Shown one piece after another: positions 39,377-54,068 of a DNA stretch of 64,000 nt. Every line of letters starts with the position of its first letter. The first letter of the stretch is position 1. The notes beneath the pieces are model-generated. The model did not search any database. It saw only the letters and a list, made by a program, of their open reading frames with translations, and was not told where the DNA came from. A program made the translations under genes and the position numbers. The stretch covers positions 32,924,001 through 32,988,000 of the forward strand of contig OZ249440.1 in the NCBI GenBank assembly GCA_965235115.1, in the 5' to 3' direction. This stretch comes from Laetmonice hystrix (taxonomy: Eukaryota).

Positions 39377-40932
39377 GGAAAAATCCAAGATGTTGGCCAA
39401 GTTGACCTAATTTTCGATTTCAGCACCATTGGTTTGGGGAATAGGTCAACTGTGTCTGACACCGAGATGGCTCCCCTAAATTCAATAGTTTCCATGTTAT
39501 GGCCCCTCAAAGTTGGCCCTTTTAGGTCATTTTCCACCAAAAAACATTGATATCTCGAAAACGGTTAAAGATATTAATGTCTGGTTTTCACCATTGGGTT
39601 TTGGATGAAAAACTTGACCCATTTGACCTGAATTTAAAAAATCCAAGATGGCGGCCAATTTGACCTAATTTCTGATTTTAACACCATTGGATTGGGTAAT
39701 GGGTCAGCTGTCTCTGACACCGAGATGGCTCCCCTAAATTCAATAGTTTCCATGTTATGGCCCCTCAAAGTTGGCCCTTTTAGGTCATTTTCAACCAAAA
39801 ATCATTGATATTTCTCAAACGGTTAAAGATATCAACGTCTGGTTTTCGCCATTGGGGTTAAGATGGAAAACTTGACCCATTTTCCTCGAATTTGAAAAAT
39901 CCAAGATGGCGGCCAAGTTGACCTAATTTTTTATTTTAACACCATTGGATTGGGTAATGGGTCAGCTGTCTCTGACACCGAGATGGCTCCTCTAAAATCA
40001 ATAGTTTTCATGTTATGGCCCCTCAAAGTTGGCCCTTTTAGGTAATTTTCAACCTAAAATCATTGATATCTCTAAAACGGTTAAAGATATCAACGTCTGG
40101 TTTTCGCCATTGGGGTTCGGATGGAAAACTTGACCCATTTTCCTCGAATTTGAAAAATCCAAGATGGCGGCCAAGTTGACCTAGTTTTTTATTTTAACAC
40201 CATTGGATCGGGTAATGGGTCAGCTGTCTCTGACACCGAGTTGGCTCCCCTAAAGTCAATAGTTTTCATGTTATGGCCCCTCAAAGTTGGCCCTTTTAAG
40301 TCATTTTGAACCCAAAATCATTGATATCTCTAAAACGGTTAAAGATATCAACGTCTGGTTTTCGCCATTGGGGTTAGGATGGAAAACATGACCCATTTTC
40401 CTCGAATTTGAAAAATCCAAGATGGCGGCCAAGTTGACCTAATTTTTGATTTTAACACCATTGGATTGGGTAATGGGTCAGCTGTCTCTGACACCGAGTT
40501 GGCTCCCCTAAAGTCAATAGTTTTCATGTTATGGCCCCTCAAAGTTGGCCCTTTTAAGTCATTTTGAACCCAAAATCATTGATATCTCTAAAACGGTTAA
40601 AGATATCAACGTCTGGTTTTCGCCATTGGGGTTAGGATGGAAAACATGACCCATTTTCCTCGAATTTGAAAAATCCAAGATGGCGGCCAAGTTGACCTAA
40701 TTTTTGATTTTAACACCATTGGATTGGGTAATGGGTCAGCTGTCTCTGACACCGAGATGGCTCCCCTAAAATCAATAGTTTTCATGTTATGGCCCCTCAA
40801 AGTTGGCCCTTTTAGGTCATTTTCAACCCAAAATCAGTGATATCTCTAAAACAGTTAAAGATATCAACGTCTGGTTTTCGTCATTGGGGTTAAGATGGAA
40901 AACTTGACCCATTTTCCTCGAATTTGAATAAT
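39377..40932. repeat. 258-bp satellite array, 6 units, in body 1
   Basis: AAAAATCCAAGATGGCGGCC recurs every 258 bp; near-identical spurious ORFs at 40348 and 40606 confirm the period. Confidence 0.95.
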
Positions 40933-42849
40933 CGTCATGACGTATTTTGCATTTCAGACTAATAGGCATTTCTTGAAGCTATAATCCAGAGTTTCCCAAA
41001 ACCTTTCATAGCCTAATAATCGGGCATTGACCCTTTTTAGTAATCCTCATGATTTTGACCTTTGATGTCATGAAAAAGTAGGTCACACGTCCGAAAGTGG
41101 CCAAACCGCTACTGCTCCGCCATTTTCAGATAAAATCTGACAATTTTGGGTTAACAGGCTCTCTCTAGCCAGCTTTACTGGAAAACCTCACCAATAAGCG
41201 ATCTGACCTAATTTTGCAGAACCACGTGACCTTGAAGTTGTTAAAATTCACTATTGCAGATGCACATTGCTGTAACTCTCAAATAAAGCGAGATAGAGCC
41301 ATGGTTACTATTGAAGTCGTATAGGAAGTCATAGATGCTCTTTCAATTGACACATATACCGATGACGTAGGGTGACGTATTACGTCATAATGACATCATA
41401 GATACGCTATCTCAGTCATTTATAGAGATATCCAAATGAATCTTGGCAGGGACATTCACCAGGGTAGAGAAAATCGACCCATATAATTATTACGTCATAT
41501 GACGTCACCTCATGACGTCATGACGTAATTTGTATTTTAAACTTAGAGGCATTTGTTCAAACCATATTCCATCGTTTCCTAAAACTTTTCATAGAATAAT
41601 AATTCTGCATAGACCCTGCTTACTTATGTCCATTATTTTGACCTATATCCTCTGACGTCATGTAAAAGTAGGTCACATGCTCCAAAGTGGCGAAATCACT
41701 ACTGCTCCACCATTTTTGGAGAAAATCTGACAATTTTTAGATGACAGGCTCCCTGTGGGCAGCTTTACTGGAAAACTTCACTAATAAGCAATTTGACCTA
41801 TTTTAGCAGAACTACGTGACCTTGAAGTTGTTAAAATTGACTATTGCAGATACACATTGCTGTAACTCTGAAACTAAGTGAGATAGAGCTATGGTTACTA
41901 TTGAGGTCATATAGAAAGTCATAGATGCTCCTTCGATTGACAGTAATACTGATGACGTAGGTAGACGTATTACGTCATAATGACGTCATTGATAGATCAC
42001 CAATATTATTTAAACAGCTATAACTCTGAAACGTGGCCAGATAGAGCTATGGTTACTATTGAAACCTTATATTAGGTGACAGCGATTTTCGAGTAACACC
42101 AATATCGATAATGTAAAGACACATCTAACATCATAATGGGCCTCTCATTGTTCATTTATGGGGGATGGGATATAAGATGTTGGCCTTGGCCACATCGGCG
42201 CTAGTTATTATTATCCCATCCCCTATCCAGGGGATGGGATTTAGAAATTGTGTGGTTTCGTCTTCCCTATTATTATCCCATCCCCTATCCAGGGGATGGG
42301 ATTTAGAAATTGTGTGGTTTCGTCTTCCCTATTATTATTTTTTGCGTTGTAGTAGTAGTAGTAGTAGTAGTAGTAGTTGTAGTTGTAAACAGTACCTCTA
42401 TCTCAGTCATTTTTCAAGATATCTCAATCAAACTTGGCAGAGATCTTGACCATGACAAAGTCAGTTCACACAATCAGTCATGACGTCACGTGACCTGACG
42501 TCATGACGTCATGACGTCAAACGTGTTTGGGATATTGAGGGCCATTTTCAAAGTTCATATTTGGAATTTCCAAGATCTATTACGGCGTTATGATCAGGCA
42601 AGGGTCTAGCCTAAAAGTGACCCTTCATTTGACCTTTGACCTTTGACCTAAGGGAGAACTGGGTCCTATGTCACAAATCGGTTAAATCGCTTCTTCTTCT
42701 TAATTTTTTGGTAAAATTTGATAATATTGGACAGGAACACTCTCTAACAAGGGTTTTAATAGAATCATCCAAAGATAAGCGATTTGACCTATATTCGATG
42801 AATCACGTGACCTTTAAGTTTTCAACAGTGGCCAGTTTAGCTATCTATG

Positions 42850-43835
42850 GCTATAACTTCTAAACAGTGCCAGTTAGGGCCATAGTTACTATTGAACACG
42901 AATAGGAAGTCATATATGCTCTTTCATTTGGCACCATTATTTTTTAGGTCACGTGACCTATGACGTCATAATGATGTCAACCATGTTTTCTCAGGGCCAT
43001 CACTTGTAAATGGTTGAAGTTTGAGTCATACTTAGTCTACTATTGAAGATGAATAGGAAGTCATATATGCTCTTTCATGTGGCACCATTATTATTTTAGG
43101 TCACGTGACCTGTGATGGCATAAGAATGTCATCCATATTTTCTCAGGGCTATAACTTGTGAATGGTTGAAGATAGAGCCATAGTTACTATTAAACACTAA
43201 TAGGAAGTCATATATGTTCTTTCACTTGACACCATTATTTTTCAGGTCACGTGACCTATGACGTCATAATGATGTCATCCATATTTTCTCAGGGCTATCA
43301 CTTGTAAACGGTTGAAGTTAGCGTCATAGTTACTATTGAACACGAATAGGAAGTCATATATGCTCTTTCATTTGGCACCGTTATTTTTCAGGTCACGTGA
43401 CCTATGACCTCATAACGATGTCATCCATATTTTCTCAGGGCTATAACTTGTAAATGGTTGAAGATAAGCCATAGTTACTATTATACACTAATAGGAAGTC
43501 ATATGCTCTTTCACTTGACACCATTATTTTTCCGGTCACGTGACCTATGACGTCATAATGATGTTATCCATCTTTTCGCAGGGCTATCACTTGTAAATGG
43601 TTGAAGTTAGAGTCATACTTAGTCTACTATTGAAGACGAATAGGAAGTCATATATGCTCTTTCATTTGGCACCATTATTTTTCAGGTCACGTGACCTATC
43701 AGGTCCTAATGACATCATCCATATTTTCTTATTTTTCTTATAACTTGTAAATGGTTGAAGTTAGAGCTATGTACCTACTATTAAACACTAACACTGACAG
43801 GAAGCAATACATATGTTCTTTCATTTGACACCATC
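42850..43835. repeat. ~150-bp satellite array in body 2
   Basis: Unit ATAACTTGTAAATGGTTGAAG...ATAGGAAGTCATATATGCTCTTTCA...GGTCACGTGACC. Confidence 0.92.
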
Positions 43836-44451
43836 ATTTTGAATAGCCTTAGCTCTCTCTACTAAATCAGAACATGGTAGACAGGACCCCCCAGGGGATG
43901 GGATCCATTGTGGTTATCACCGCAACGGGTCTAGTTATTATTATTTTTTGCGTTGTAGTAGTAGTAGTAGTAGTAGTTGTTGTAGTTGTAAACAGTACCT
44001 CCATCTCAGTCACTTTTCAAGATATCTCAATCAAACTTGGCAGAGATCTTGACCATGACAAAGTCAGGTCACACAATCAGTCATGACGTCACGTGACGTC
44101 ACGTCATGACGTCATGACGTCAAACGTGTTTGGGATATTGAGGGCCATTTTCAAAGTTCATATTTGGAATTTCCAAGGTCTATCATGCCGTTATGATCAG
44201 GCAAGGGTCTAGCCCAAAAATGACCCTTCATTTAACCTTTGACCTTTGACCTTAGGGAGAACTGGGTCCTAGGTCACAAATCGGTTAAATCGCTTCTTCT
44301 TCTTAATTTTTTGGTAAAATTTGATAATATTGGACAGGAACACTCTCCAACAAGGGTTTTAATAGAATCATCCAAAGATAAGCGATTTGACCTATATTCG
44401 ATGAATCACGTGACCTTGAAGTTTTCAACAGTGGCCAGTTTAGCTATCTAT

Positions 44452-46440
44452 GGCTATAACTTCTAAACAGTGCCAGTTAGGGCCATAGTTACTATTGAAC
44501 ACGAATAGGAAGTCATATATGCTCTTTCATTTGGCACCATTATTTTTTAGGTCACGTGACCTATGACGTCATAACGATGTCATCAATATTTTCTCAGGGC
44601 TATAACTTGTAAATGGTTGAAGATAGAGCCATAGTTACTATTAAACACTAATAGGAAGTCATATATGCTCTTTCACTTGACACTAGTGTTTTTCAGGTCA
44701 CGTGACCTATGACGTCATAATGATGTCAACCATGTTTTCTCAGGGCCATCACTTGTAAATGGTTGAAGTTAGAGTCATACTTAGTCTACTATTGAAGATG
44801 AATAGGAAGTCATATATGCTCTTTCATGTGGCACCATTATTATTTTAGGTCACGTGACCTATGACGTCATAACGATGTCATCAATATTTTCTCAGGGCTA
44901 TAACTTGTAAATGGTTGAAGATAGAGCCATAGTTACTATTAAACACTAATAGGAAGTCATATATGCTCTTTCACTTGACACTAGTGTTTTTCAGGTCACG
45001 TGACCTATGACGTCATAATGATGTCAACCATGTTTTCTCAGGGCCATCACTTGTAAATGGTTGAAGTTAGAGTCATACTTAGTCTACTATTGAAGATGAA
45101 TAGGAAGTCATATATGCTCTTTCATGTGGCACCATTATTATTTTAGGTCACGTGACCTATGACGTCATAACGATGTCATCAATATTTTCTCAGGGCTATA
45201 ACTTGTAAATGGTTGAAGATAGAGCCATAGTTACTATTAAACACTAATAGGAAGTCATATATGCTCTTTCACTTGACACTAGTGTTTTTCAGGTCACGTG
45301 ACCTATGACGTCATAATGATGTCAACCATGTTTTCTCAGGGCCATCACTTGTAAATGGTTGAAGTTAGAGTCATACTTAGTCTACTATTGAAGATGAATA
45401 GGAAGTCATATATGCTCTTTCATGTGGCACCATTATTATTTTAGGTCACGTGACCTGTGATGGCATAAGAATGTCATCCATATTTTCTCAGGGCTATAAC
45501 TTGTGAATGGTTGAAGATAGAGCCATAGTTACTATTAAACACTAATAGGAAGTCATATATGCTCTTTCACTTGACACTAGTGTTTTTCAGGTCACGTGAC
45601 CTATGACGTCATAATGATGTCAACCATGTTTTCTCAGGGCCATCACTTGTAAACAGTTGAAGTTAGCGTCATAGTTACTATTGAACACGAATAGGAAGTC
45701 ATATATGCTCTCATTTGGCACCGTTATTTTTCAGGTCACGTGACCTATGACGTCATAACGATGTCATCCATATTTTCTCAGGGCTATAACTTGTAAACGG
45801 TGCCAGATAGGGCCATAGTTACTATTGAACACGAATAGGAAGTCATATATGCTCTTTCATTTGACACCATTGTTCTTTAGGTCACGTGTTCTATGACGTC
45901 ATAATGTCATCAATATTTTCTCAGGACTATAACTTGTAAACGGTGCCAGATGGGGCCTTGGTTACTATTGAACACGAATAGGAAGTCATATATGCTGTTT
46001 CATTTGCCATCATTATTTTTTAGGTCACGTGACCTATGACGTCATAACGATGTCATCCATATTTTCTCTGGGGTATAACTTGTAAATGGTTGAAGTTAGA
46101 GCCATAGTTACTATTAAACACTAATAGGAAGTCATATATGCTCTTTCATTTGTCATCATTATTTTTCAGGTCACGTGACCTATGACGTCATAACGATGTC
46201 ATCCATATTTTCTCAGGGCTATAACTTGTAAATGGTTGAAGATAGAGCCATAGTTACTATTAAACACTAATAGGAAGTCATATATGCTCTTTCAATTGAC
46301 TTCAAGATTAATAATGTAGCATCACGCATGACATCATAATGACGTCATCAATATTTTCTAAGGCCTATAACTCATAAACGGTGGGAGATAAAGCCATGGT
46401 TAGTAGGCCTACTGAGCAGGAATAGGAAGTCATTATAGTC
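44452..46440. repeat. ~150-bp satellite array with a 298-bp higher-order dimer in body 3
   Basis: The variant TTAAACACTAATAGG...CACTAG recurs at 44641, 44939 and 45237 (period 298). Confidence 0.92.
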
Positions 46441-47238
46441 TTTTAATTGACACCGAGCTCCACGAAGACGTCACTATAACTGCATGACGTCCCCCCCCAG
46501 GGGATGGGATCCCTTGTGGCATCGCCACACGCTATCTAGTTATTATTATTCCCGGTGTTGTAGGTGTTGGCTTTGCACGTGTATCTCAGTCATTTATAAA
46601 GATATCCTAATGAAACTTGGTAGGCACATTCACAGTGGTAGAGAGAATGGACCTGTAGAAGGATGACGTCATATGACGTCACGTCATGAAGTCATGACGT
46701 AATTTTTCTTTTGCAAAAAACTCAATTTTTGAGGTCATGCATAAGAGTTTCTAGAAACGTTTCATACCACAGTAATTGACCAATACACCCCTCTACTTTT
46801 TCTAATTATTTTGACCATTGACCTTTGACCTAATTAAAAAGTAGGTCATAGTTCGAAAAATGCTTAAATCCTAACTCCTTCCTCAGTTTTTGTGAAAGTT
46901 TCATAATTTTTAGCAGACTGTGTCTCTAGGGGGAGCTTTACATGAAACATCAAAGGATAAGGGCTATGACCTAATTTGACCTAGATACGTCACCTTAAAC
47001 TTTCGAAATTTTGCAACTTTGAAACAAAATTGTGTGAGTAGTATATGGAATGGAGAGTTTTGGCACAGGCTATAGTCTCTTTCAACCAGTGTCAGAAGCA
47101 ATGCCTTTTTAACTTGCTCATATCTAACTGCGAACAGTCAGGACATTCTGGTGGCTGATATTTTCTATCGAATTCAATGTTAAATTGATAAATTTAGGTC
47201 CGTCATTTTTCGATAATTATGCATGTATGACGCAAATT

Positions 47239-48793
47239 GGAAAAATCCAAGATGTTGGCCAAGTTGACCTAATTTTCGATTTCAGCACCATTGGTTTGGG
47301 GAATAGGTCAACTGTGTCTGACACCGAGATGGCTCCCCTAAATTCAATAGTTTCCATGTTATGGCCCCTCAAAGTTGGCCCTTTTAGGTCATTTTCAACC
47401 AAAAAACATTGATATCTCGAAAACGGTTAAAGATATTAATGTCTGGTTTTCACCATTGGGTTTTGGATGAAAAACTTGACCCATTTGACCTGAATTTAAA
47501 AAATCCAAGATGGCGGCCAATTTGACCTAATTTCTGATTTTAACACCATTGCATTGGGTAATGGGTCAGCTGTCTCTGACACCGAGGTGGCTCCCCTAAA
47601 ATCAATAGTTTTTATGTTATGGCCCCTCAAAGTTGACCCTTTAAGGTCATTTTCAACCAAAAATCATTGATATCTCTCAAACGGTTAAAGATATCAACGT
47701 CTGGTTTTCGCCATTGGGGTTAAGATGGAAAACTTGACCCATTTTCCTCGAATTTGAAAAATCCAAGATGGCGGCCAAGTTGACCTAATTTTTGATTTTA
47801 ACACCATTGGATTGGGTAATGGGTCAGCTGTCTCTGACACCGAGATGGCTCCCCTAAAATCAATAGTTTCCATGTTATGGCCCCTCAAAGTTGGCCCTTT
47901 TAGGTCATTTTCAACCTAAAATCATTGATATCTCTAAAACGGTTAAAGATATCAACGTCTGGTTTTCGCCATTGGGGTTCGGATGGAAAACTTGACCCAT
48001 TTTCCTCGAATTTGAAAAATCCAAGATGGCGGCCAAGTTGACCTAATTTTTTATTTTAACACCATTGGATTGGGTAATGGGTCAGCTGTCTCTGACACCG
48101 AGATGGCTCCCCTAAAATCAATAGTTTTCATCTTATGGCCCCTCAAAGTTGGCCCTTTTAGGTCATTTTCAACCAAAAAACATTGATATCTCGAAAACGG
48201 TAAAAGATATTAATGTCTGGTTTTCACCATTGGGTTTTGGATGAAAAACTTGACCCATTTGACCTGAATTTGAAAAATCCAAGATGGCGGCCAATTTGAC
48301 CTAATTTCTGATTTTAACACCATTGCATTGGGTAATGGGTCAGCTGTCTCTGACACCGAGATGGCTCCCCTAAAATCAATAGTTTTCATGTTATGGCCCC
48401 TCAAAGTTGACCCTTTTAGGTCATTTTCAACCAAAAATCAGTGATATCTCTAAAACAGTTAAAGATATCAACGTCTGGTTTTCGCCATTGGGGTTAAGAT
48501 GGAAAACTTGACCCATTTTCCTCGAATTTGAAAAATCCAAGATGGCGGCCAAGTTGACCTAATTTTTATTTTAACACCATTGCATTGGGTAATGGGTCAG
48601 CTGTCTCTGACACCGAGATGGCTCCCCTAAAATCAATAGTTTTCATGTTATGGCCCCTCAAAGTTGGCCCTTTTAGGTCATTTTCAACCAAAAATCAGTG
48701 ATATCTCTAAAACAGTTAAAGATATCAACGTCTGGTTTTCGCCATTGGGGTTAAGATGGAAAACTTGACCCATTTTCCTCGAATTTGAAAAAT
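47239..48793. repeat. 258-bp satellite array, 6 units, in body 4
   Basis: Same unit as 39377-40932. Confidence 0.95.
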
Positions 48794-50264
48794 CGTCATG
48801 ACGTATTTTGCATTTCAGACTTATAGGCATTTCTTGAAGCTATAATCCATAGTTTCCCAAAACCTTTCATAGCCTAATAATCGGGCATTGACCCTTTTTA
48901 GTAATCCTCATGATTTTGACCTTTGATGTCATGAAAAAGTAGGTCACACGTCCGAAAGTGGCCAAACCGCTACTGCTCCGCCATTTTTAGATAAAATCTG
49001 ACAATTTTGGGTTGACAGGCTCTCTCTAGCCAGCTTTACGGGAAAACCTCACCAATAAGCGATCTGACCTAATTCGGCAGAACCACGTGACCTTGAAGTT
49101 GTTAAAATTCACTATTGCAGATGCACATTGCTGTAACTCTAAAATAAAGCGAGATAGAGCCACGGTTACTATTGAAGTCGTATAGGAAGTCATAGATGCT
49201 CTCTCAATTGACACATATACCGATGACGTAGGGTGACGTATTACGTCATAATGACATCATAGATACGCTATCTCAGTCATTTATAGAGATATCCAAATGA
49301 ATCTTGGCAGGGACATTCACCAGGGTAGAGAAAATCGACCCATATAATTATTACGTCATATGACGTCACCTCATGACGTCATGACGTAATTTGTATTTTA
49401 AACTTAGAGGCATTTCTTCAAACCATATTTCATCGTTTCCTAAAACTTTTCATAGAATAATGTTTCTGCATAGACCCTGCTTACTTATGTCCATTATTTT
49501 GACCTATATCCTCTGACGTCATGTAAAAGTAGGTCACATGCTCCAAAGTGGCGAAATCGCTACTGCTCCACCATTTTTGGAAAAAATCTGACAATTTTTA
49601 GATGACAGGCTTCCTGTGGGCAGCTTTACTGGAAAACTTCACCAATAAGCAATTTGACCTATTTTAGCAGAACTACGTGACCTTGAAGTTGTTAAAATTG
49701 ACTATTGCAGATACACATTGCTGTAACTCTGAAACTAAGTGAGATAGAGCTATGGTTACTATTGAGGTCATATAGAAAGTCATAGATGCTCCTTCGATTG
49801 ACAGTAATACTGATGACGTAGGTAGACGTATTACGTCATAATGACGTCATTGATAGATCACCAATATTATTTAAACAGCTATAACTCTGAAACGTGGCCA
49901 GATAGAGCTATGGTTACTATTGAAACCTTATATTAGGTGACAGCGATTTTCGATTAACACCAACATCGATAATGTAAAGACACATCTAACATCATAATGG
50001 GCCTCTCATTGTTCATTTATGGGGGATGGGATATAAGATGTTGGCCTTGGCCACATCGGCGCTAGTTATCCCATCCCCCCCATGGGGGATGGGATTTTAT
50101 AGTTGTATGGTTTCGTCTTCCGTATTATTATCCCATCCCCTACAGGGGGATGGGATCTTCAGATTGTACGGTTTCGTCTTCCCTATTATTATCCCATCCC
50201 CTATCCAGGGGATGGGATCTAGAAATTGTGTGGTTTCGTCTTCCCTATTATTATTTTTTGCGTT

Positions 50265-50296
<32 letters not shown>

Positions 50297-50784
50297 TGTA
50301 GTTGTAGTTGTAAACAGTACCTCTATCTCAGTCATTTTTCAAGATATCTCAATCAAACTTGGCAGAGATCTTGACCATGACAAAGTCAGGTCACACAATC
50401 AGTCATGACGTCACGTGACGTCACGTCACGTCACGTCATGACGTCATGACGTCAAACGTGTTTGGGATATTGAGGGCCATTTTCAAAGTTCATATTTGGA
50501 ATTTCCAAGGTATATCATGGCGTTATGATCAGGCAAGGGTCTAGCCTAAAACTGACCCTTCATTTGACCTTTGACCTTTGACCTTAGGGAGAACTGGGTC
50601 CTAGGTCACAAATCGCTTAAATCGCTTCTTCTTCTTAATTTTTTGGTAAAATTTGATAATATTGGACAGGAACACTCTCTAACAAGGGTATTAATAGAAT
50701 CATCCAAAGATAAGCGATTTGACCTATATTCGATTAATCACGTGACCCTGAAGTTTTCAACAGTGGCCAGTTTAGTTATCTATA

Positions 50785-52490
50785 GCTATAACTTCTGAAC
50801 AATGCCAGTTAGGGCCATAGTTACTATTGAACACGAATAGGAAGTCATATATGCTCTTTCATTTGGGACCATTATTTTTCAGGTCACGTGACCTATGGCG
50901 TCATAATGATGTCATCCATATTTTCTCAGGGCTATAACTTGTTAACGGTGCCAGATAGGGTCATGGTTACTATTGAACACGAATAGGAAGTCATATATGC
51001 TCTTTCATTTGACACCATTATTTTTTAAGTCACGTGACCTATGACGTCATAACGATATCATCCATATTTTCTCAGGGCTATAACTTGTAAACGGTGCCAG
51101 ATAGGGTCATAGTTACTATTGAACACGAATAGGAAGTCATATATGCTCTTTCATCTGACACCATTATTTTTCAGGTCACGTGACCTATGACGTCATAACG
51201 ATGTCATCAATATTTTCTCATACCTATAACTTGCAAATGGTTGAAGTTAGAGTCATAGTTACTATTAAACTCTAATAGGAAGTCATATATGCTCTTTCAT
51301 TTGTCACCATTATTTTTCAGGTCACGTGACCTATGACGTCATAATGATATTATGCATATTTTCTCAGGTCTATAACTTGTAAATGGTTGAAGTTCGAGCC
51401 ATAGTTACTATTAAACACTAATAGGAAGTCTTATATTCTCTTTCATTTGTCACCATTATTTTTCAGGTCACGTGACCTATGACGTCATAACGATGTCATC
51501 AATATCCTCTCAGGGCTATAACTTGTAAATGGTTAAAGATAGAGCCATAGTTACTATTGAACACGAATAGGAAGTCATATATGCTCTTTCATTTGGCACC
51601 ATTATTTTTCAGGTCACGTGACCTATGATGTCATAACGATGTCATCAATATTTTCTCAGGGCTATAACTTGTAAATGGTTGAAGATAGAGCCATAGTTAC
51701 TATTAAACACTAATAGGAAGTCATATATGTTCTTTCACTTGACACCATTATTTTTCAGGTCACGTGACCTATGACGTCATAATGATGTCAACCATGTTTT
51801 CTCAGGGCCATCACTTGTAAATGGTTGAAGTTAGAGTCATACTTACTATTAAAGATGAATAGGAAGTCATATATGCTCTTTTAGTTGGCACCATTATATT
51901 TCAGGTCACGTGACCTAGGCATGATAAGGATGTCATTCATAATAATTATTTTCTCAAGGATATATTGTTAATGGTTGAAGTTAGAGCCATAATTGCTATT
52001 AAACACTAATAGGAAGTCATGTATGCTCTTTCATTTGGGACCATTATTTCTTAGGTCACGTGACCTCTGACGTCATAACGATGTCATACATGTTTTATCA
52101 GGGATACAACTTGTAAATGGTTGAACATAGAACCACAGTTACTATCAGAAACAAATAGGAAGCCACATATGCTCTTTCTAATGGCACCGTTTTTAGGTCA
52201 CGTGACCTGTGATGTCATAAAGATGGTATCCATATTTTCTCAGGGCTATAACTTGTAAATGGTTGAAGTTAGAGCCATAGTTACTATTAAACACTAATAG
52301 GAAGTCATATACGCTCTTTCATTTGGCACCATTATTTTTCACGACACGTGACCTATCAGGTCATAATGATATCATCCATATTTTCTTAGGGCTATAACTT
52401 GTAAATGGTTGAAGTTAGAGCTATACCTACTATTAAACACTAACACTAACAGGAAGCTATATATATGCTCTTGTATTCGACACCATCATT
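50785..52490. repeat. ~150-bp satellite array in body 5
   Basis: Same unit family as bodies 2 and 3. Confidence 0.92.
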
Positions 52491-53250
52491 TTGAATAGCC
52501 CTAGATCTCTCTATGAACAAATCAGAACATGGTAGACGGGACCCCCCAGGGGATGGGATTCATTGTGGTTATCACCGCAACGGGTCTAGTTATTCTTTGC
52601 GTCGTAGTAGTAGTAGTAGTAGTAGTAAACAGTGGCGTCTATCTCAGTCAGTTTTCAAGATATCTCAATCAAATTTGGCACACATCTTGACCATGACAAG
52701 GACTGGTCAGACAATGAGTTGTGACATATCACGTGACGTGACGTATGACGTCACGTCATGACGTTCATATTGGGAATTTCCAAACCCCATCATGGCGTTT
52801 TAATCAGGCAAGGGTCTAGTCTAACATGGACCCTTCATTTGTCATTTGACCTTGAACTTTGGGAGAACTGGGTCCTCAGTCACAAATCTCTTAAATCGCT
52901 ACTCCTTCTTCATTTTTTAGTGAAATTCGACAATATTAGGCAGAAGGACTCTCTAACATGAGCTTGTCTCAAATCATCAAAAGATAAGCGATTTGACTAA
53001 TATTCGCTGAATCACGTGACTTTGAAATTTCGAAAAATTGTCAATTTTCTAGAACTTGTAAACGGTGCCAGATTTGGCATTGGTTACTATTAAACACAGA
53101 TAAGAAGTCATTATTCTCTTTTATGATATTTTTTTTTTCAGGTCACGTGACCATTTTTAAAAATTAGAGGGAAAAAACAAAAAGAAAAAGAAACGTGACT
53201 CGGCCTGGGATTGAACGCGGGACCCTTCCGGTAGAAGTCCAAAAAAATAG

Positions 53251-53320
53251 GTGACTCGGCCTGGGATTGAACCGGCGACCCATAGCATGTGAGTCAAGAC
53301 ACTTATCGTCAGTGCTACGC
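53251..53320 (-). other. tRNA-like (Pol III A/B box) sequence inside body 6, with a partial second copy at 53195-53240
   Basis: The minus strand reads GCGTAGCACTGACGATAAG...GTCGCCGGTTCAATCCCAGGCCGAGTCAC: an A-box-like start, a B box GGTTCAATCC, then a T-run. It does not form a clean cloverleaf. Confidence 0.55.
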
Positions 53321-54068
53321 CATCTGACAAGCTAATACTGGATTGAACTGGTACTGATTTCCACAGCCAGTGAACCTATATTTTGTGAGGGCTATAACTT
53401 GCTATCACTTGGTATCGTCATCCTTAAGGTCACGTGACCTGTGACGTCGTAAAGATGTCATCGATATTTTCTAAGGGATATAACTTGTTAATGCTTGAAG
53501 TTAGACCCATAGTTACTATTGAACACGAATAGGAAGTCATGTATACTCTTTCGTTTGGCATCATTATTTCTTAGGTCACGTGACCCATGACATAACGATG
53601 TCATCGATATTTTCTCAGGGTTTTAACTTGTAAATGGTAGGAGTTAGACCCATAGTTAGTATTGAATATAAACAGGAAGTCCTCATTATGTTCTTTCAAT
53701 TGACACCAAGATTTATTCTGTTGTGTGATCTATTACATCCTTATGACGTAACTGAGCCCTTCTAAGGATTGGTAGAAGCCTGTAACTAGTAAACGGTGCT
53801 AGATACACCTATAGTTATTTTGAACATGAATAGGAAGTCCATTGAGATCAATATTTATGACGTAGCATAAGGTCATAATGACGTAACTTCCATCTTCTAA
53901 GGCTCATAAGTCGTCACGGGTGCAAGATAGTAGGCCTACCATAGTTATCCCTATTCAGAACATGTTACATGGGACACCCCGGGGATGGGATCCATTGTGG
54001 TACTCCACAACGTATCTAGTTATTATTATTCCCGTAGTAGTAGTTGTAGTAGTTGCATTTGTGTGTCC

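Noticed and set aside
41940..41995. CTGATGA motif suggesting a hammerhead ribozyme
   Set aside because: No GAAA or GUH core in the required arrangement; it is part of a TGACGT palindrome.
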